From positions 13,444 through 77,443 of the forward strand of contig DAOULF010000259.1 of the NCBI GenBank assembly GCA_034420555.1: a stretch of DNA of 64,000 nucleotides, in the 5' to 3' direction. Under the pieces are notes generated by a model. That model did not search any database and was not told the origin of the DNA. It worked only from the letters and a program-made list of their open reading frames with translations. Shown in pieces: positions 35,548 through 44,725 of the stretch. Made by a program: the position numbers and the translations under genes. Source of the stretch: Dehalococcoidia bacterium (GTDB taxonomy: Bacteria; Chloroflexota; Dehalococcoidia; Lucifugimonadales; UBA1123). How positions within the stretch are numbered: the stretch's first letter is position 1; each line of letters opens with the position of its first letter.

Positions 35548-35802
35548 CTAGGAAGCCACGGGAACGGATCCCACGAGATCTTCGAGCATCATCTGCATCG
35601 CCATGACATGAGTGCAGGTATCGCGCCCTATATGATAATCGCAGTCGCAATGCCAACTGCCAGCTTCATAAGTTATCTTGTGGTCGCCGTTGTCGCCCTG
35701 GAAAAGCACTGTACAATCGGTGAGGTTGACTCTCTCTTTCTGAAGAGCGTAATCCTTGGCCTTCTCGACCTTCCTTATAAAGCTTGAGTTCATAGACTGC
35801 AC
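35548..35802 (-). CDS. small SWIM zinc-finger protein
   Basis: WHCDCDYHIGRDTCTHV fits the SWIM pattern CxCx(n)CxH. The protein is 84 aa or slightly shorter. Confidence 0.6.
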   Translation of the reverse strand: MQSMNSSFIRKVEKAKDYALQKERVNLTDCTVLFQGDNGDHKITYEAGSWHCDCDYHIGRDTCTHVMAMQMMLEDLVGSVPVAS

Positions 35803-35998
35803 TCCTCCTTTACCTGAGTGGTTGCGAGGAAAGATGTCCTCCCTACTCTTGAAATTTTAGCGAGGTCTGCGTTTGCCAGTCAATTGGATTCCAGAGATTT
35901 CAGGCGCCCGGGCGACGCTTCTTCCACCGCTTTTTCAGATAATCTCCAAGCACCCATTCCCATTGTGGAACCTGTATCAACATAGTTGTTCACCTCAT

Positions 35999-36048
35999 CG
36001 TCATACCCGCCTTCGCGGGTATCCAGGGGTGAGGTGGCGCAGGTCTTG
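35999..36048 (+). repeat. variant of the ATTCCC-N8-GGGAAT hairpin module (ATACCC..GGGTAT)
   Basis: GTCATACCCGCCTTCGCGGGTATCCAGGGGTGAGGTGGCGCAGG aligns to the family C core with a compensatory T:A to A:T change in the stem. Confidence 0.65.
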
Positions 36049-36234
36049 ATGTAGTCCACCGACCAAACTGGTACAGCATCCCCGTTGCGGTATGGATTTG
36101 CCACCATAGCGGTTAAGTGGTAAATTCTGTGCCATGAAACCCACCGGAAGATTAAATCTGCCCGCACACCCCTCATGAAGGTGGAGGGACAGAGTCGAAA
36201 GTCCTGTGTTGACATGGAAGTGAGGAATACAAGT

Positions 36235-37167
36235 ATGGCGGATGATTTGAGAATCGCTGTAATCGGCCAGGCTGCCTTTGGCAAAGATGTGCTGGCCGCT
36301 CTCGCAGATAACTCGGAGAACATTGTAGGCGTGTTCTGTCCTCCCGACCGTGAGGGAAGGCCCGCCGACCCCATAAAGCAGGAAGCCGAGGAGCGAGGCA
36401 TCCCGGTCTTCCAGTTTCGGCGTATGAGACGCAAGCGCGCCATAGACGCCTTCCTCGAACTGAACGCGGACCTGTGTGTGATGGCGTTCGTAACGGACAT
36501 AGTGCCGGACGAGATTCTCGAAGCCCCCACCCGCGGAACGATCCAGTACCACCCTTCCCTGCTTCCCAAGCATCGTGGCCCAAGTTCGATGAACTGGCCT
36601 ATCATCTGGGGTGAGACCAGGACGGGATTGACCGTCTTCTGGCCCGACAAGGGTCTGGATACCGGCCCTGTCCTCCTTCAGAAGGAGGTCGAGATAACGC
36701 CGGACGATACTCTCGGATCACTCTATTTCGGCAAGCTCTATCAGATGGGTGTGGACGCGATGGTCGAGTCGGTGGCGATGGTCAGAGATGGGACCGCTCC
36801 CAGGATACCCCAGGATCATTCCCAGGCAACCTATGAGGGCTGGTGCAATCCGGCGGACGTGGTCATAGACTGGGAAAAGAGTGTGGACGAAATCTACAAT
36901 ATGGTGAGGGGTGGCGACCCCAGTCCCGGAGCGAACACTACACTCAATGGTTCAAGCGTGGCGTTTTTCAGGGCGGCGAAGATAGATGGCGACACAGGCA
37001 AGGCCGCTGGCGAAGTTGTAGAGGTGGATGAGGATGGCTTCACAGTCGCGGCGGCCGGTGGCGCTATCCGCGTCGGTCGTGTTCAGGCGGCGGGACAGCG
37101 CAAGGTAATGGCTCCGGAGTGGACTGAGCAAATCGGCCTGAATCCCGGAGACAGGTTCGGTACGTAA
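36235..37167 (+). CDS. formyltransferase family protein resembling the N-terminal hydrolase domain of 10-formyl-THF dehydrogenase
   Basis: LRIAVIGQAAFGKDV, YHPSLLPKHRGPSSMNWPIIWGE, GLTVFWPDKGLDTGPVLLQKE and ATYEG closely parallel the ALDH1L1 N-terminal / Fmt-like fold. Confidence 0.8.
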   Translation: MADDLRIAVIGQAAFGKDVLAALADNSENIVGVFCPPDREGRPADPIKQEAEERGIPVFQFRRMRRKRAIDAFLELNADLCVMAFVTDIVPDEILEAPTRGTIQYHPSLLPKHRGPSSMNWPIIWGETRTGLTVFWPDKGLDTGPVLLQKEVEITPDDTLGSLYFGKLYQMGVDAMVESVAMVRDGTAPRIPQDHSQATYEGWCNPADVVIDWEKSVDEIYNMVRGGDPSPGANTTLNGSSVAFFRAAKIDGDTGKAAGEVVEVDEDGFTVAAAGGAIRVGRVQAAGQRKVMAPEWTEQIGLNPGDRFGT

Positions 37168-37204
37168 GCCAATCTGAAATAACATTCGTGCCGAGGTTGG
37201 GATA

Positions 37205-38842
37205 ATGCGAAGTCGTGAGAATCACATAGCCGGAATAGTCAGGCGACTAACCGGTGTAGGCCAGGCCTCTGAGGAACAGATTCAGGAAGACGCTGAAATT
37301 CTCGCCAATAGGCTTGCGTCTTTTCCCGAACACAATCCGAACCCCGTAGTGGAAGTTGATTTGGACGGGAACGTCACCTTCATGAATCCCGCCGCCCAAG
37401 TCTATGTTTCCGGCAGGGATGCGTCTCCCGGGCATCCTCTCGCGCAGGATATCGGTCCGCTTCTGGGCAGGCTTCTTGGGACTGGCGGAGGCTTTGCCAC
37501 ACGCGAGATTACAGTTGAAGAGTCAACTTTCGAGCAGAAGATCGTCTATATTCCCGAGGATTTGGCCATACGCATCTACTCCAGCGACATTTCTCGGCTG
37601 AGAGCCGCGCATGAATCGCTGCGGTCTGCCGGAGATGAGGCCCGCACCCTGGCCCGCGAAAACCAGATACTTGGCGAAATCGGGCGGATCATAAGCTCCA
37701 GCCTGGACATAAACGAAGTTTACTCCGGCTTCGCCGATCAGGTGAGGAGACTGATTGATTTCGACAGGCTTTCGATCAGCCTGGTGAACCTCGATGACTA
37801 CACTTTCACAAACGCCTACATTCTGGGCGAGGATGTGGAAGGCCGCCAAGTCGGAGACGTCGTCTCTCTGGAAGGTACTGTGACCAGCGAGGCGGTTCGC
37901 TCAAGGAGGGCCATGATCATACAGGGAGACCCTATGGACCTCAGGGAACAGTATCCCAACCTGTTGGGCTTCCCTTCCATAATCCTGGCGCCTCTCATCT
38001 ATCGTCGCCAGCTCTTTGGAGTGCTCAACGCGCGGTCAACCAAGGTAAACGCCTACACAGAAGAGGACGCGGAAATCTTGTCACGTGTCGCGTCGCAGAT
38101 AACGCCTGCCATAGCCAACTCCCTTCTCTATGCCGACATTGTGCGTACACAGGGCGATCTCGCTCGCTCCAACTCGGACCTGGAACAGTTCGCCTACGCC
38201 GCTTCGCACGACCTTCAGGAGCCTCTTCGGACCATCACCGCCTATCTCGGACTGGTCAAGGATCGGTATGCCGGCGACCTGGACGATACTGCCCAGGAAT
38301 TCATTGATTTTGCGGTTGACGGCGCCGAACGCATGGGGACGCTCATCAACGACCTCCTCGAATACTCCCGTGTCAACGTCCAGGAAAGGCCACTGGAATC
38401 GGTGAGTTGTGACGACGCTCTGAACACCGCGCTCAGAAGCCTCAACCAGGCAATCGAGCGAAATGGAGCCGTCGTAAAGACCTCGCCTCTTCCGGTGATT
38501 ACGGGCGACGAGTCGCAGCTTCACAGGCTGTTCCAGAATCTTCTGAGCAATGCGCTGAAATTCCGGGGAGACAGGAACCCCGTCATTCAAGTATGGGCGG
38601 AACTGCAAGGCGAGGAATGGGTATTCTCCGTACAGGACAATGGGATTGGCATAGCACCGGAGTTTCAGGAAAAAGTGTTCGGTATGTTTTCGAGACTTCA
38701 CTCCAGAGCGCAGTATGAAGGTACTGGTGTAGGTCTCGCCTTGTGTAGTAAGATTGCACAACGCCACGGAGGGCGTATCTGGGTTGAATCGGATGTCGGC
38801 AAGGGAGCGACTTTCCGCTTCAACATCCCGGTAGTTGGATAA
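37205..38842 (+). CDS. PAS/GAF sensor histidine kinase
   Basis: It has a PAS-like segment (NPNPVVEVDLDGNVTFMNPAA), a GAF-like middle, the H-box FAYAASHDLQEPLRTI, the N-box LLSNALKF and the G-box GTGVGLALC. Confidence 0.85.
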   Translation: MRSRENHIAGIVRRLTGVGQASEEQIQEDAEILANRLASFPEHNPNPVVEVDLDGNVTFMNPAAQVYVSGRDASPGHPLAQDIGPLLGRLLGTGGGFATREITVEESTFEQKIVYIPEDLAIRIYSSDISRLRAAHESLRSAGDEARTLARENQILGEIGRIISSSLDINEVYSGFADQVRRLIDFDRLSISLVNLDDYTFTNAYILGEDVEGRQVGDVVSLEGTVTSEAVRSRRAMIIQGDPMDLREQYPNLLGFPSIILAPLIYRRQLFGVLNARSTKVNAYTEEDAEILSRVASQITPAIANSLLYADIVRTQGDLARSNSDLEQFAYAASHDLQEPLRTITAYLGLVKDRYAGDLDDTAQEFIDFAVDGAERMGTLINDLLEYSRVNVQERPLESVSCDDALNTALRSLNQAIERNGAVVKTSPLPVITGDESQLHRLFQNLLSNALKFRGDRNPVIQVWAELQGEEWVFSVQDNGIGIAPEFQEKVFGMFSRLHSRAQYEGTGVGLALCSKIAQRHGGRIWVESDVGKGATFRFNIPVVG

Positions 38843-38869
38843 TAATTCCCACCGTAGGAGGTGATGCCA

Positions 38870-39376
38870 ATGGTTACCCAGATTGAAGATAGACCTGTTG
38901 AAGTCCTGCTAGTGGAGGACAATCCGGCGGATGCTCGGCTCGCCCAGGACACCATAGAGCAGTCGAGCCAGGAGGCGAACATCACACACGCCGAGGACGG
39001 TGAAATAGCTCTCGCCATCCTTAGAAAAGAGGGCGAATACGCATCTGCCCCCCGACCCGACCTTATACTTCTCGATCTCCGAATGCCTCGAAAGGACGGC
39101 ACTGAGGTGCTGGCTGAGTTAAACGCGGACGAAGACCTGGTCTCCATACCTGTCATGCTTCTTACCGGCACAGAGGCTGAGGCAAGCCTGCTGGAGTCCT
39201 ATTCGATTCCTCCCAGCCGCTATGCGCGAAAGCCACTCCAGTTGGAGCAATTCAACCGGGTCCTGGGCGCGCTCGGTCTGTTCAGCCGTCAGCCCATCCA
39301 GATACCTACCGAATCTGAGGCGCGCCAGGCAACGGCGCCCGAAAGCCGACGCCGATGGTGGTGGCCCTTCGGATAA
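38870..39376 (+). CDS. response regulator, receiver domain only
   Basis: It has VLLVEDNPADA and DLILLDLRMPRKDG. GGAGG lies 8 nt upstream of the ATG at 38870. The longest ORF starts at 38861. Confidence 0.85.
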   Translation: MVTQIEDRPVEVLLVEDNPADARLAQDTIEQSSQEANITHAEDGEIALAILRKEGEYASAPRPDLILLDLRMPRKDGTEVLAELNADEDLVSIPVMLLTGTEAEASLLESYSIPPSRYARKPLQLEQFNRVLGALGLFSRQPIQIPTESEARQATAPESRRRWWWPFG

Positions 39377-39479
39377 ACTTGCGGCATTTGCCCAACATCC
39401 ACAACCCAGATACTCCGTGGAACACTCGCACCCGATAGTAAAGCTTACCCAGGACTCAACCCAGTCGTAGCATAAATCA

Positions 39480-39527
39480 CAGGAACCCGCCGCAGAGTAA
39501 CGACTTTGCGGCGGGTTCCTGTTTTCT
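39480..39527. terminator. bidirectional intrinsic terminator
   Basis: CAGGAACCCGCCGCA ... TGCGGCGGGTTCCTG forms a 15-bp stem and is followed by TTTTCT. It lies between the convergent response regulator and VWA genes. Confidence 0.7.
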
Positions 39528-39558
39528 GCGCTGAATCGTGGAGCAGAGGGGCGTGAGG

Positions 39559-41589
39559 CTACGCTATCCGCTTCTTTCTCGCCCGCATATAGTCCACCAT
39601 CACATATTGCCCAAGCTGGTTCGGCGATGTGTAGAACGCCCTGCCCTTGTTGACCTTCGTCACCTGGTCAATGAAGTCCATCAGGTAGTAGTTCGCCTCC
39701 AGCATGAAGGTATTGATCGTTATCCCGTCCTGCGTGCAGCGCTTGACCTCTTTCAGAGTCTCGTCAATCGTCTGGTAGCTGGGCGGGTAGCTGAAGTAGG
39801 CGTGGCCGTTCTCAAGGTGGGAAGTCGGCTCGCCGTCGGTGACCATGATGATGTGCTTGTTCGCCACCTTCTGCCGGGAGAGCAGCTTGCGGGCCAGCAT
39901 AAGTCCGTGCTGCATATTCGTGCCTGAGTTCCAGTAGTTCCAGGTAATCTCCGGCAACTCTTCTTCCTTGAACTCCATAGCGTAGTCGGAGAAGCCGACT
40001 AAGTAGAAGTAGTCGCGCGGGAACTGGGAGTGAATGAGCCAGTACAGGGCCATCGCCACCTTCTTTGCCGGGCCCCAGTAGCCGAACATCCCCATTGACT
40101 TGCTCTGGTCCAGGAGCAGCACCGTGGCGGTCTGAGTCAGATGCTCGGTATGATGCACTTCCAAGTCTTCGGGCGTCAGTCTCAGAGGCACGTTCGGTCC
40201 GTTCCGCAGTACCGAGTTGAACAGAGTGCGGTGCATGTCAATGTCGAACGGATCTCCAAACTGGTACTGCCGCGTCTCGCCCGTGTACTCGCCGCCATCG
40301 CCGCGGGTGAATACCTCGTGCCTGCCCATGCGCTCCTTCTTCATCTCCGAAAAGACTTCGCGAAGCGCGCTCTGCGCCAGCTTTCGCATCCCTCTCGCGG
40401 TCAGTTCGAGCCTATCCCCCTTACGGCGCAGATACCCGGCCTCTTCGAGCTGCTGGATTAGCTGCTGAAGCTGTTCGAGTTCACGGCGCGCGTCCTCTCC
40501 CATCAGCTCCTCGACCTTATCGGGATCAACGTTCTCAACTCCGCCCTGTCGCGTCACGGACTCGAGTTGATCGTCCAGCCGGTCCATGTCCTGGAGTTGC
40601 TCCATGAGCTGCATTGCCTGGTCCAGGGTCACGGACTCGTCGCCCATGAATGGGTACTCTGAAGCCATGTCGTCGAACGGGAACATTTCGTACATCGTCG
40701 AAGCAAGTTCGGCCATGTCCTGCATCATCTCCGACGGCATCGAAGACTGGAGCATATCCTCAAGTTCGTCGCGCATCTGCGACGACATAGAATCCATCAA
40801 TGACTGCATGGACGCCATCTGCTGCTGAAGCTGTTCTATAAGCTCGTCCAGGCTCGCGGGACGGTCCGGGTCGAAGTAGTGACCGTACTGTTCCATGAAG
40901 CCCTCGAAGTCCGGGTCATCGCCCATCGCCCTGTCCCTGAGCATCTGGTTCAGGGCCTGTATCATCTCCTGTATGCCGCGCATATCTTCCGGCGACATAT
41001 TCTGAATCGCGTCCTTCATCCCCTGGAAGAAGTTCTGCATCATCTGTTGACGCAGCATCTCCATCAGTTCCTGGAACTTCTCCTGCGCTTCGGGATCCAT
41101 GAAGTCGTAGTCCGACAGGGAACGGACCTGGCCTGCGGCGCTCTCAGGCAGAAGGTCCAACTTCTCCGTGTTCTGCTGGGCGCGCTGTTCCAGTACGTCC
41201 ATCGCGTTGCCGAGAATATCGTTGAGATCGGAATCCTCACCCGCGCTCTCAAGCTGCTGTCTCGCGTCATCCAGGCGTCGCTCGATGCCGCTTCTCTCCG
41301 TGGAGATTATGTCCTCAAGACGCTCGGCAATGTCGTCCATGGCCGACTCGAGATTATAGCGTTCCATCTGCTGCTGCTGGAGGCGGCTGAGACGCTCCCG
41401 GAGTTCACGAATCCCCGTAATCTTCTGACCCTGGTCGCCGCTCATCCCCTGCCGCATGAGATTGCGCATCGCCCGGTTCACGTCGCCGTGATTCATGATG
41501 TCTTCGGACAGCGCTTCCAAAACATCGTCCTCGTCGAGATCGAACGGGTTCTGGGTTCCGTCCCAATAGGAGTAGCGATAGCTGACCAT
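39559..41589 (-). CDS. VWA domain-containing protein with long Met/Gln/acidic-rich helical N-terminal region
   Basis: The C-terminal VWA domain has a MIDAS-like VLLLDQSKSMG and HIIMVTDGEPT. The N-terminus is MVSYRYSYWDGTQNPFDLDEDD. Confidence 0.75.
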   Translation of the reverse strand: MVSYRYSYWDGTQNPFDLDEDDVLEALSEDIMNHGDVNRAMRNLMRQGMSGDQGQKITGIRELRERLSRLQQQQMERYNLESAMDDIAERLEDIISTERSGIERRLDDARQQLESAGEDSDLNDILGNAMDVLEQRAQQNTEKLDLLPESAAGQVRSLSDYDFMDPEAQEKFQELMEMLRQQMMQNFFQGMKDAIQNMSPEDMRGIQEMIQALNQMLRDRAMGDDPDFEGFMEQYGHYFDPDRPASLDELIEQLQQQMASMQSLMDSMSSQMRDELEDMLQSSMPSEMMQDMAELASTMYEMFPFDDMASEYPFMGDESVTLDQAMQLMEQLQDMDRLDDQLESVTRQGGVENVDPDKVEELMGEDARRELEQLQQLIQQLEEAGYLRRKGDRLELTARGMRKLAQSALREVFSEMKKERMGRHEVFTRGDGGEYTGETRQYQFGDPFDIDMHRTLFNSVLRNGPNVPLRLTPEDLEVHHTEHLTQTATVLLLDQSKSMGMFGYWGPAKKVAMALYWLIHSQFPRDYFYLVGFSDYAMEFKEEELPEITWNYWNSGTNMQHGLMLARKLLSRQKVANKHIIMVTDGEPTSHLENGHAYFSYPPSYQTIDETLKEVKRCTQDGITINTFMLEANYYLMDFIDQVTKVNKGRAFYTSPNQLGQYVMVDYMRARKKRIA

Positions 41590-41782
41590 AGAATGCCTCT
41601 CAGACGGCCGATCAGTCGGCCAGGTAAGGCTGAGCCTTCACCCTTGTTTAGATGGGACTGTTACACGGTCCAGCCATGGCCGCGCTCACCCTGACTTCTA
41701 ACTCATAGGAACTGGGCCAATGATATGTATGCCGCGCGAGTGTGTCAATCACCGACACTGGCGCCAGCGCGCCATGCGCAGA

Positions 41783-44620
41783 TTACTGGCTCGGAATAGC
41801 TATATGCTGGTCGGCCGGCACGTTGGTCAGTACGCTGGTCTCGCCATTGACCCACTCGACGCGAATTTCGTCCACGGTCCCGGCGCTTCCCAGGCCGAAG
41901 TGAGCGATCCTTCCCGGTCCCTGGGTAACGAAGTTGGTCGAAGCGTGCAGTTCGCGCATCTGCGTCAGTCCGTTTGCGGTCACATAGACCCTCGACCCAA
42001 TGCCGTGACTGTGTAGCGGCGGAGACCCGTCCAGTGTAACCTTCAGCCAGTGATTCCCAACCTGCGTATCGTTTCTGAGCAGGGTTGGCTGGGCCGGACG
42101 TCGGACTGGCTCCGCGCCGTCCATCGTGTATTCGTGGTTGTTGGTGATGAATATGTCCAGGTCGCCATCATTATCGAAATCGAACAGGATCACGCCCCTG
42201 CCCTGCCCCCTATCGGCGGCGCCCGCCTGCTCGCCCACCTCGTGGAAGCCCAGATAGCCGCCATTCTCGAATAGGCGCGCGGTCTGGTTGTTGAATTCCT
42301 CGGGGCTGCCCTCTTCAGCCCGTTGGACCCAGCCGTTTACATGGTACAGGTCAAGGTCACCGTCATTGTCAAGGTCGCCGAAACTGGCCGCCCAGCCCCA
42401 GCCTCCGTCACGGATGCCCGCTTCGGCGCTCAGGTCCGCGAATCTCATTTCTGACTCGTTCCGGTAGAATCGGTTCCCTGTGCCTCCAGACACTCCCTTG
42501 TCAGGGTTGTTCTGTCCGAATATGCTGGACACGAACCAGTCCAGGTCACCGTCGTTGTCATAGTCCCCGATTGCCGACCCCATCCCGTTCTCGTCCGTGA
42601 ATGTCGGCGACGCGCTTCTCTCCACCTGGAACTTACCGTCGCCCACGTTCCTGTATATCCGCGACAACCCATAGTCCGACACGACCGCCAGGTCCGTCAG
42701 GCCGTCACCGTCCAGGTCCGCGAACCTCGGCGCGAAGACCCACAGATCAATCCCTGGAGCCGCTCGGAACTCATACGGTTCCAGCCTTCCCTGCCCATCA
42801 TTGCCGTAAACGAACAGGGGCGACAGGTCATCTCTCCCGATCAAAGGATTCTCATTTGCAATCGCAGGGATATCGTTATCGGCTTTCGTCGCGGCGTCAT
42901 AATTCTTCGCCGTTTCCGGATTCCACTCACCCAGGGCCAGTTCGAGGTCTCCATCATTATCCACGTCTCCCCAACTCGGACTGGTGGCGAACATCTCTGG
43001 CTGCGTAAGCGCCGTATTATTCACGCCGAACCGTCCCGACCCATCATTGACAAGCAAATAGTGAGGCGCTTGCTGCGCCGTGACCACTATGTCTATGTCG
43101 CCATCGTTATCATAGTCGGCGGCAGCGGCGGCTACTCCATGCTTTGTCGGAAGGTCCGCTCCTCTCAGCGCGGCCTCCTCCGAGAACGTGCCATCTCCCC
43201 TGTTCATGTACAGTACACTGGGCGCTTCGCCGCCGCGCAGGACAAATAGGTCTATCCAACCATCGCCGTCGAAGTCTTCCGCTGCCGCGCCCCCTACCAT
43301 GTCTTTAGGTTCTATCTTGCCCAACAGGGGTTCCGGCGCCGTGTGAGTATGAGTAACGCCCGACGAGAGGGTAACGTCCGTGAACCGCATCGAGCTTACC
43401 CACTCTGTCCCGTTCCCCGGCGCCACGACTGAAACTGGTGGCGTGAAGCGGGACGATGTTCCATAGTCGGCGCGCAGACCAAAGTCCGGCCCGTTCCCGA
43501 GTGATACGAACAGCAGCGCCGCCAAGCCCCCGACAACTCCCAACAGCCACGTACTTCCGCCAAACGCTGCAATCGCTCTCCTCGGCATGACCTTGGACAG
43601 TCCCCAGAAGGTTATCGGCCCTGCCGCGGCTGCGGTGAACAGTAAGGCCGCCGCCGGCGCGGTTCCCATGCCCGCCATCAACAGAACGGCCACCAGGGGT
43701 ATCTCAAACAGCAGCGGGACATTGATGGCGATTCCGATTGTCGCCGCTATCACCACGCCAAGAATGTCGTCACCCAGCCAGGTGGTCACAGTCTCAGGGC
43801 TGAGCCATTGGATCGCGAATCCGCTTGCGAATCCCGCCAGTATCATCACGGGGGCCAGGCGTATCACGTGCCCGGCTGTGATCTTCGCCCACTCTCTGAA
43901 GCTCTCCCCTATCGTCTCCCGCCACCCGGTCATGTCCGGCGCGGTCGGACTGTAAGGCAGGTCTAAGAGACCGCCGTCATCCTGTTTCAGAATCTTCGCG
44001 ACCAGAGGGCCTATCAACAGAACGCCCACAAGACTCACCGCGATGCGAGTCCCCCCAATCAACGGCGCGAAAACCATCGCCGCCATGACCAGAGAGGGCA
44101 CGTTGAATGTGGAGGAGCTTTGCGTAATGGCCAAAGTGGTCTCTATACCCGAGCCGCGTCTGCGGAAAGCCGAGGCCACCGGCACGATGCACGCCGAGCA
44201 TAGATTCACAGCCGGTCCTATGAGCAGACCCTTCAGAGCCCCCTTGATACCCGTGCCCGACAAACTCCACCCGGCGGATTTAGGGAAGATGAACGCCTCG
44301 GTCGCTCCCGCTACGAGGAATGCGAAGATCATGCCCACCGTAACGAGTTGAAGATAGGTGAGTGAGAATTCCCACCATCGAGACATGAAAGACTTCTCGG
44401 GCTGCTCTTCGATGCAGAAGCCCTGGAAACACTCCGCGACTGGTGACGTCGCCACAGCGAGATCGGCCTGCACCGTGTCCAGCTTGGGAACCCGGTTGAA
44501 CGCCAGGAACAGCGCCAGCATGATGCCAATAAGAAGCAGCCCTATGACGCGGCGCTTCTTCAGCCCGCTGTCATAGAGCGAGTTCGGGAAGTTGCTGGTT
44601 CCGGCGCGGATTCTAAGCAT
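41783..44620 (-). CDS. fusion protein: N-terminal UPF0718/ArsP-like permease + C-terminal FG-GAP (VCBS) propeller and ASPIC/UnbV domain (CRTAC1 family)
   Basis: The N-terminal ~380 aa are multi-TM and contain NLCSACIVPVASAF. Seven DxDxDG-type repeats follow (DFDGDGWIDLFV ... DFDNDGDLDIFI). The UnbV-like tail reads NHWLKVTLDG..GIGSRVYVTANG..HFGLG..VDEIRVEW. Confidence 0.75.
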   Translation of the reverse strand: MLRIRAGTSNFPNSLYDSGLKKRRVIGLLLIGIMLALFLAFNRVPKLDTVQADLAVATSPVAECFQGFCIEEQPEKSFMSRWWEFSLTYLQLVTVGMIFAFLVAGATEAFIFPKSAGWSLSGTGIKGALKGLLIGPAVNLCSACIVPVASAFRRRGSGIETTLAITQSSSTFNVPSLVMAAMVFAPLIGGTRIAVSLVGVLLIGPLVAKILKQDDGGLLDLPYSPTAPDMTGWRETIGESFREWAKITAGHVIRLAPVMILAGFASGFAIQWLSPETVTTWLGDDILGVVIAATIGIAINVPLLFEIPLVAVLLMAGMGTAPAAALLFTAAAAGPITFWGLSKVMPRRAIAAFGGSTWLLGVVGGLAALLFVSLGNGPDFGLRADYGTSSRFTPPVSVVAPGNGTEWVSSMRFTDVTLSSGVTHTHTAPEPLLGKIEPKDMVGGAAAEDFDGDGWIDLFVLRGGEAPSVLYMNRGDGTFSEEAALRGADLPTKHGVAAAAADYDNDGDIDIVVTAQQAPHYLLVNDGSGRFGVNNTALTQPEMFATSPSWGDVDNDGDLELALGEWNPETAKNYDAATKADNDIPAIANENPLIGRDDLSPLFVYGNDGQGRLEPYEFRAAPGIDLWVFAPRFADLDGDGLTDLAVVSDYGLSRIYRNVGDGKFQVERSASPTFTDENGMGSAIGDYDNDGDLDWFVSSIFGQNNPDKGVSGGTGNRFYRNESEMRFADLSAEAGIRDGGWGWAASFGDLDNDGDLDLYHVNGWVQRAEEGSPEEFNNQTARLFENGGYLGFHEVGEQAGAADRGQGRGVILFDFDNDGDLDIFITNNHEYTMDGAEPVRRPAQPTLLRNDTQVGNHWLKVTLDGSPPLHSHGIGSRVYVTANGLTQMRELHASTNFVTQGPGRIAHFGLGSAGTVDEIRVEWVNGETSVLTNVPADQHIAIPSQ

Positions 44621-44650
44621 GAGCAGATGTCATAAAGTCTTCGGAATCGC

Positions 44651-44687
44651 AAACGGGGTGTGGAGACATAATCGCCACACCCCGTTT
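44651..44687 (-). terminator. stem-loop terminator after the ABC substrate-binding protein gene
   Basis: AAACGGGGTGTGG ... CCACACCCCGTTT forms a 13-bp stem with an 11-nt loop. Confidence 0.55.
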
Positions 44688-44725
44688 CACTAATCGTCCT
44701 ATTTGCTAGACGTAGGATCTATCGC

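Noticed and set aside
35880-36650. Minus-strand ORFs 35880..36650, 36001..36573 and 36173..36583
   Set aside because: They overlap the well-supported formyltransferase gene in antisense and run through a repeat element. They carry no motifs.
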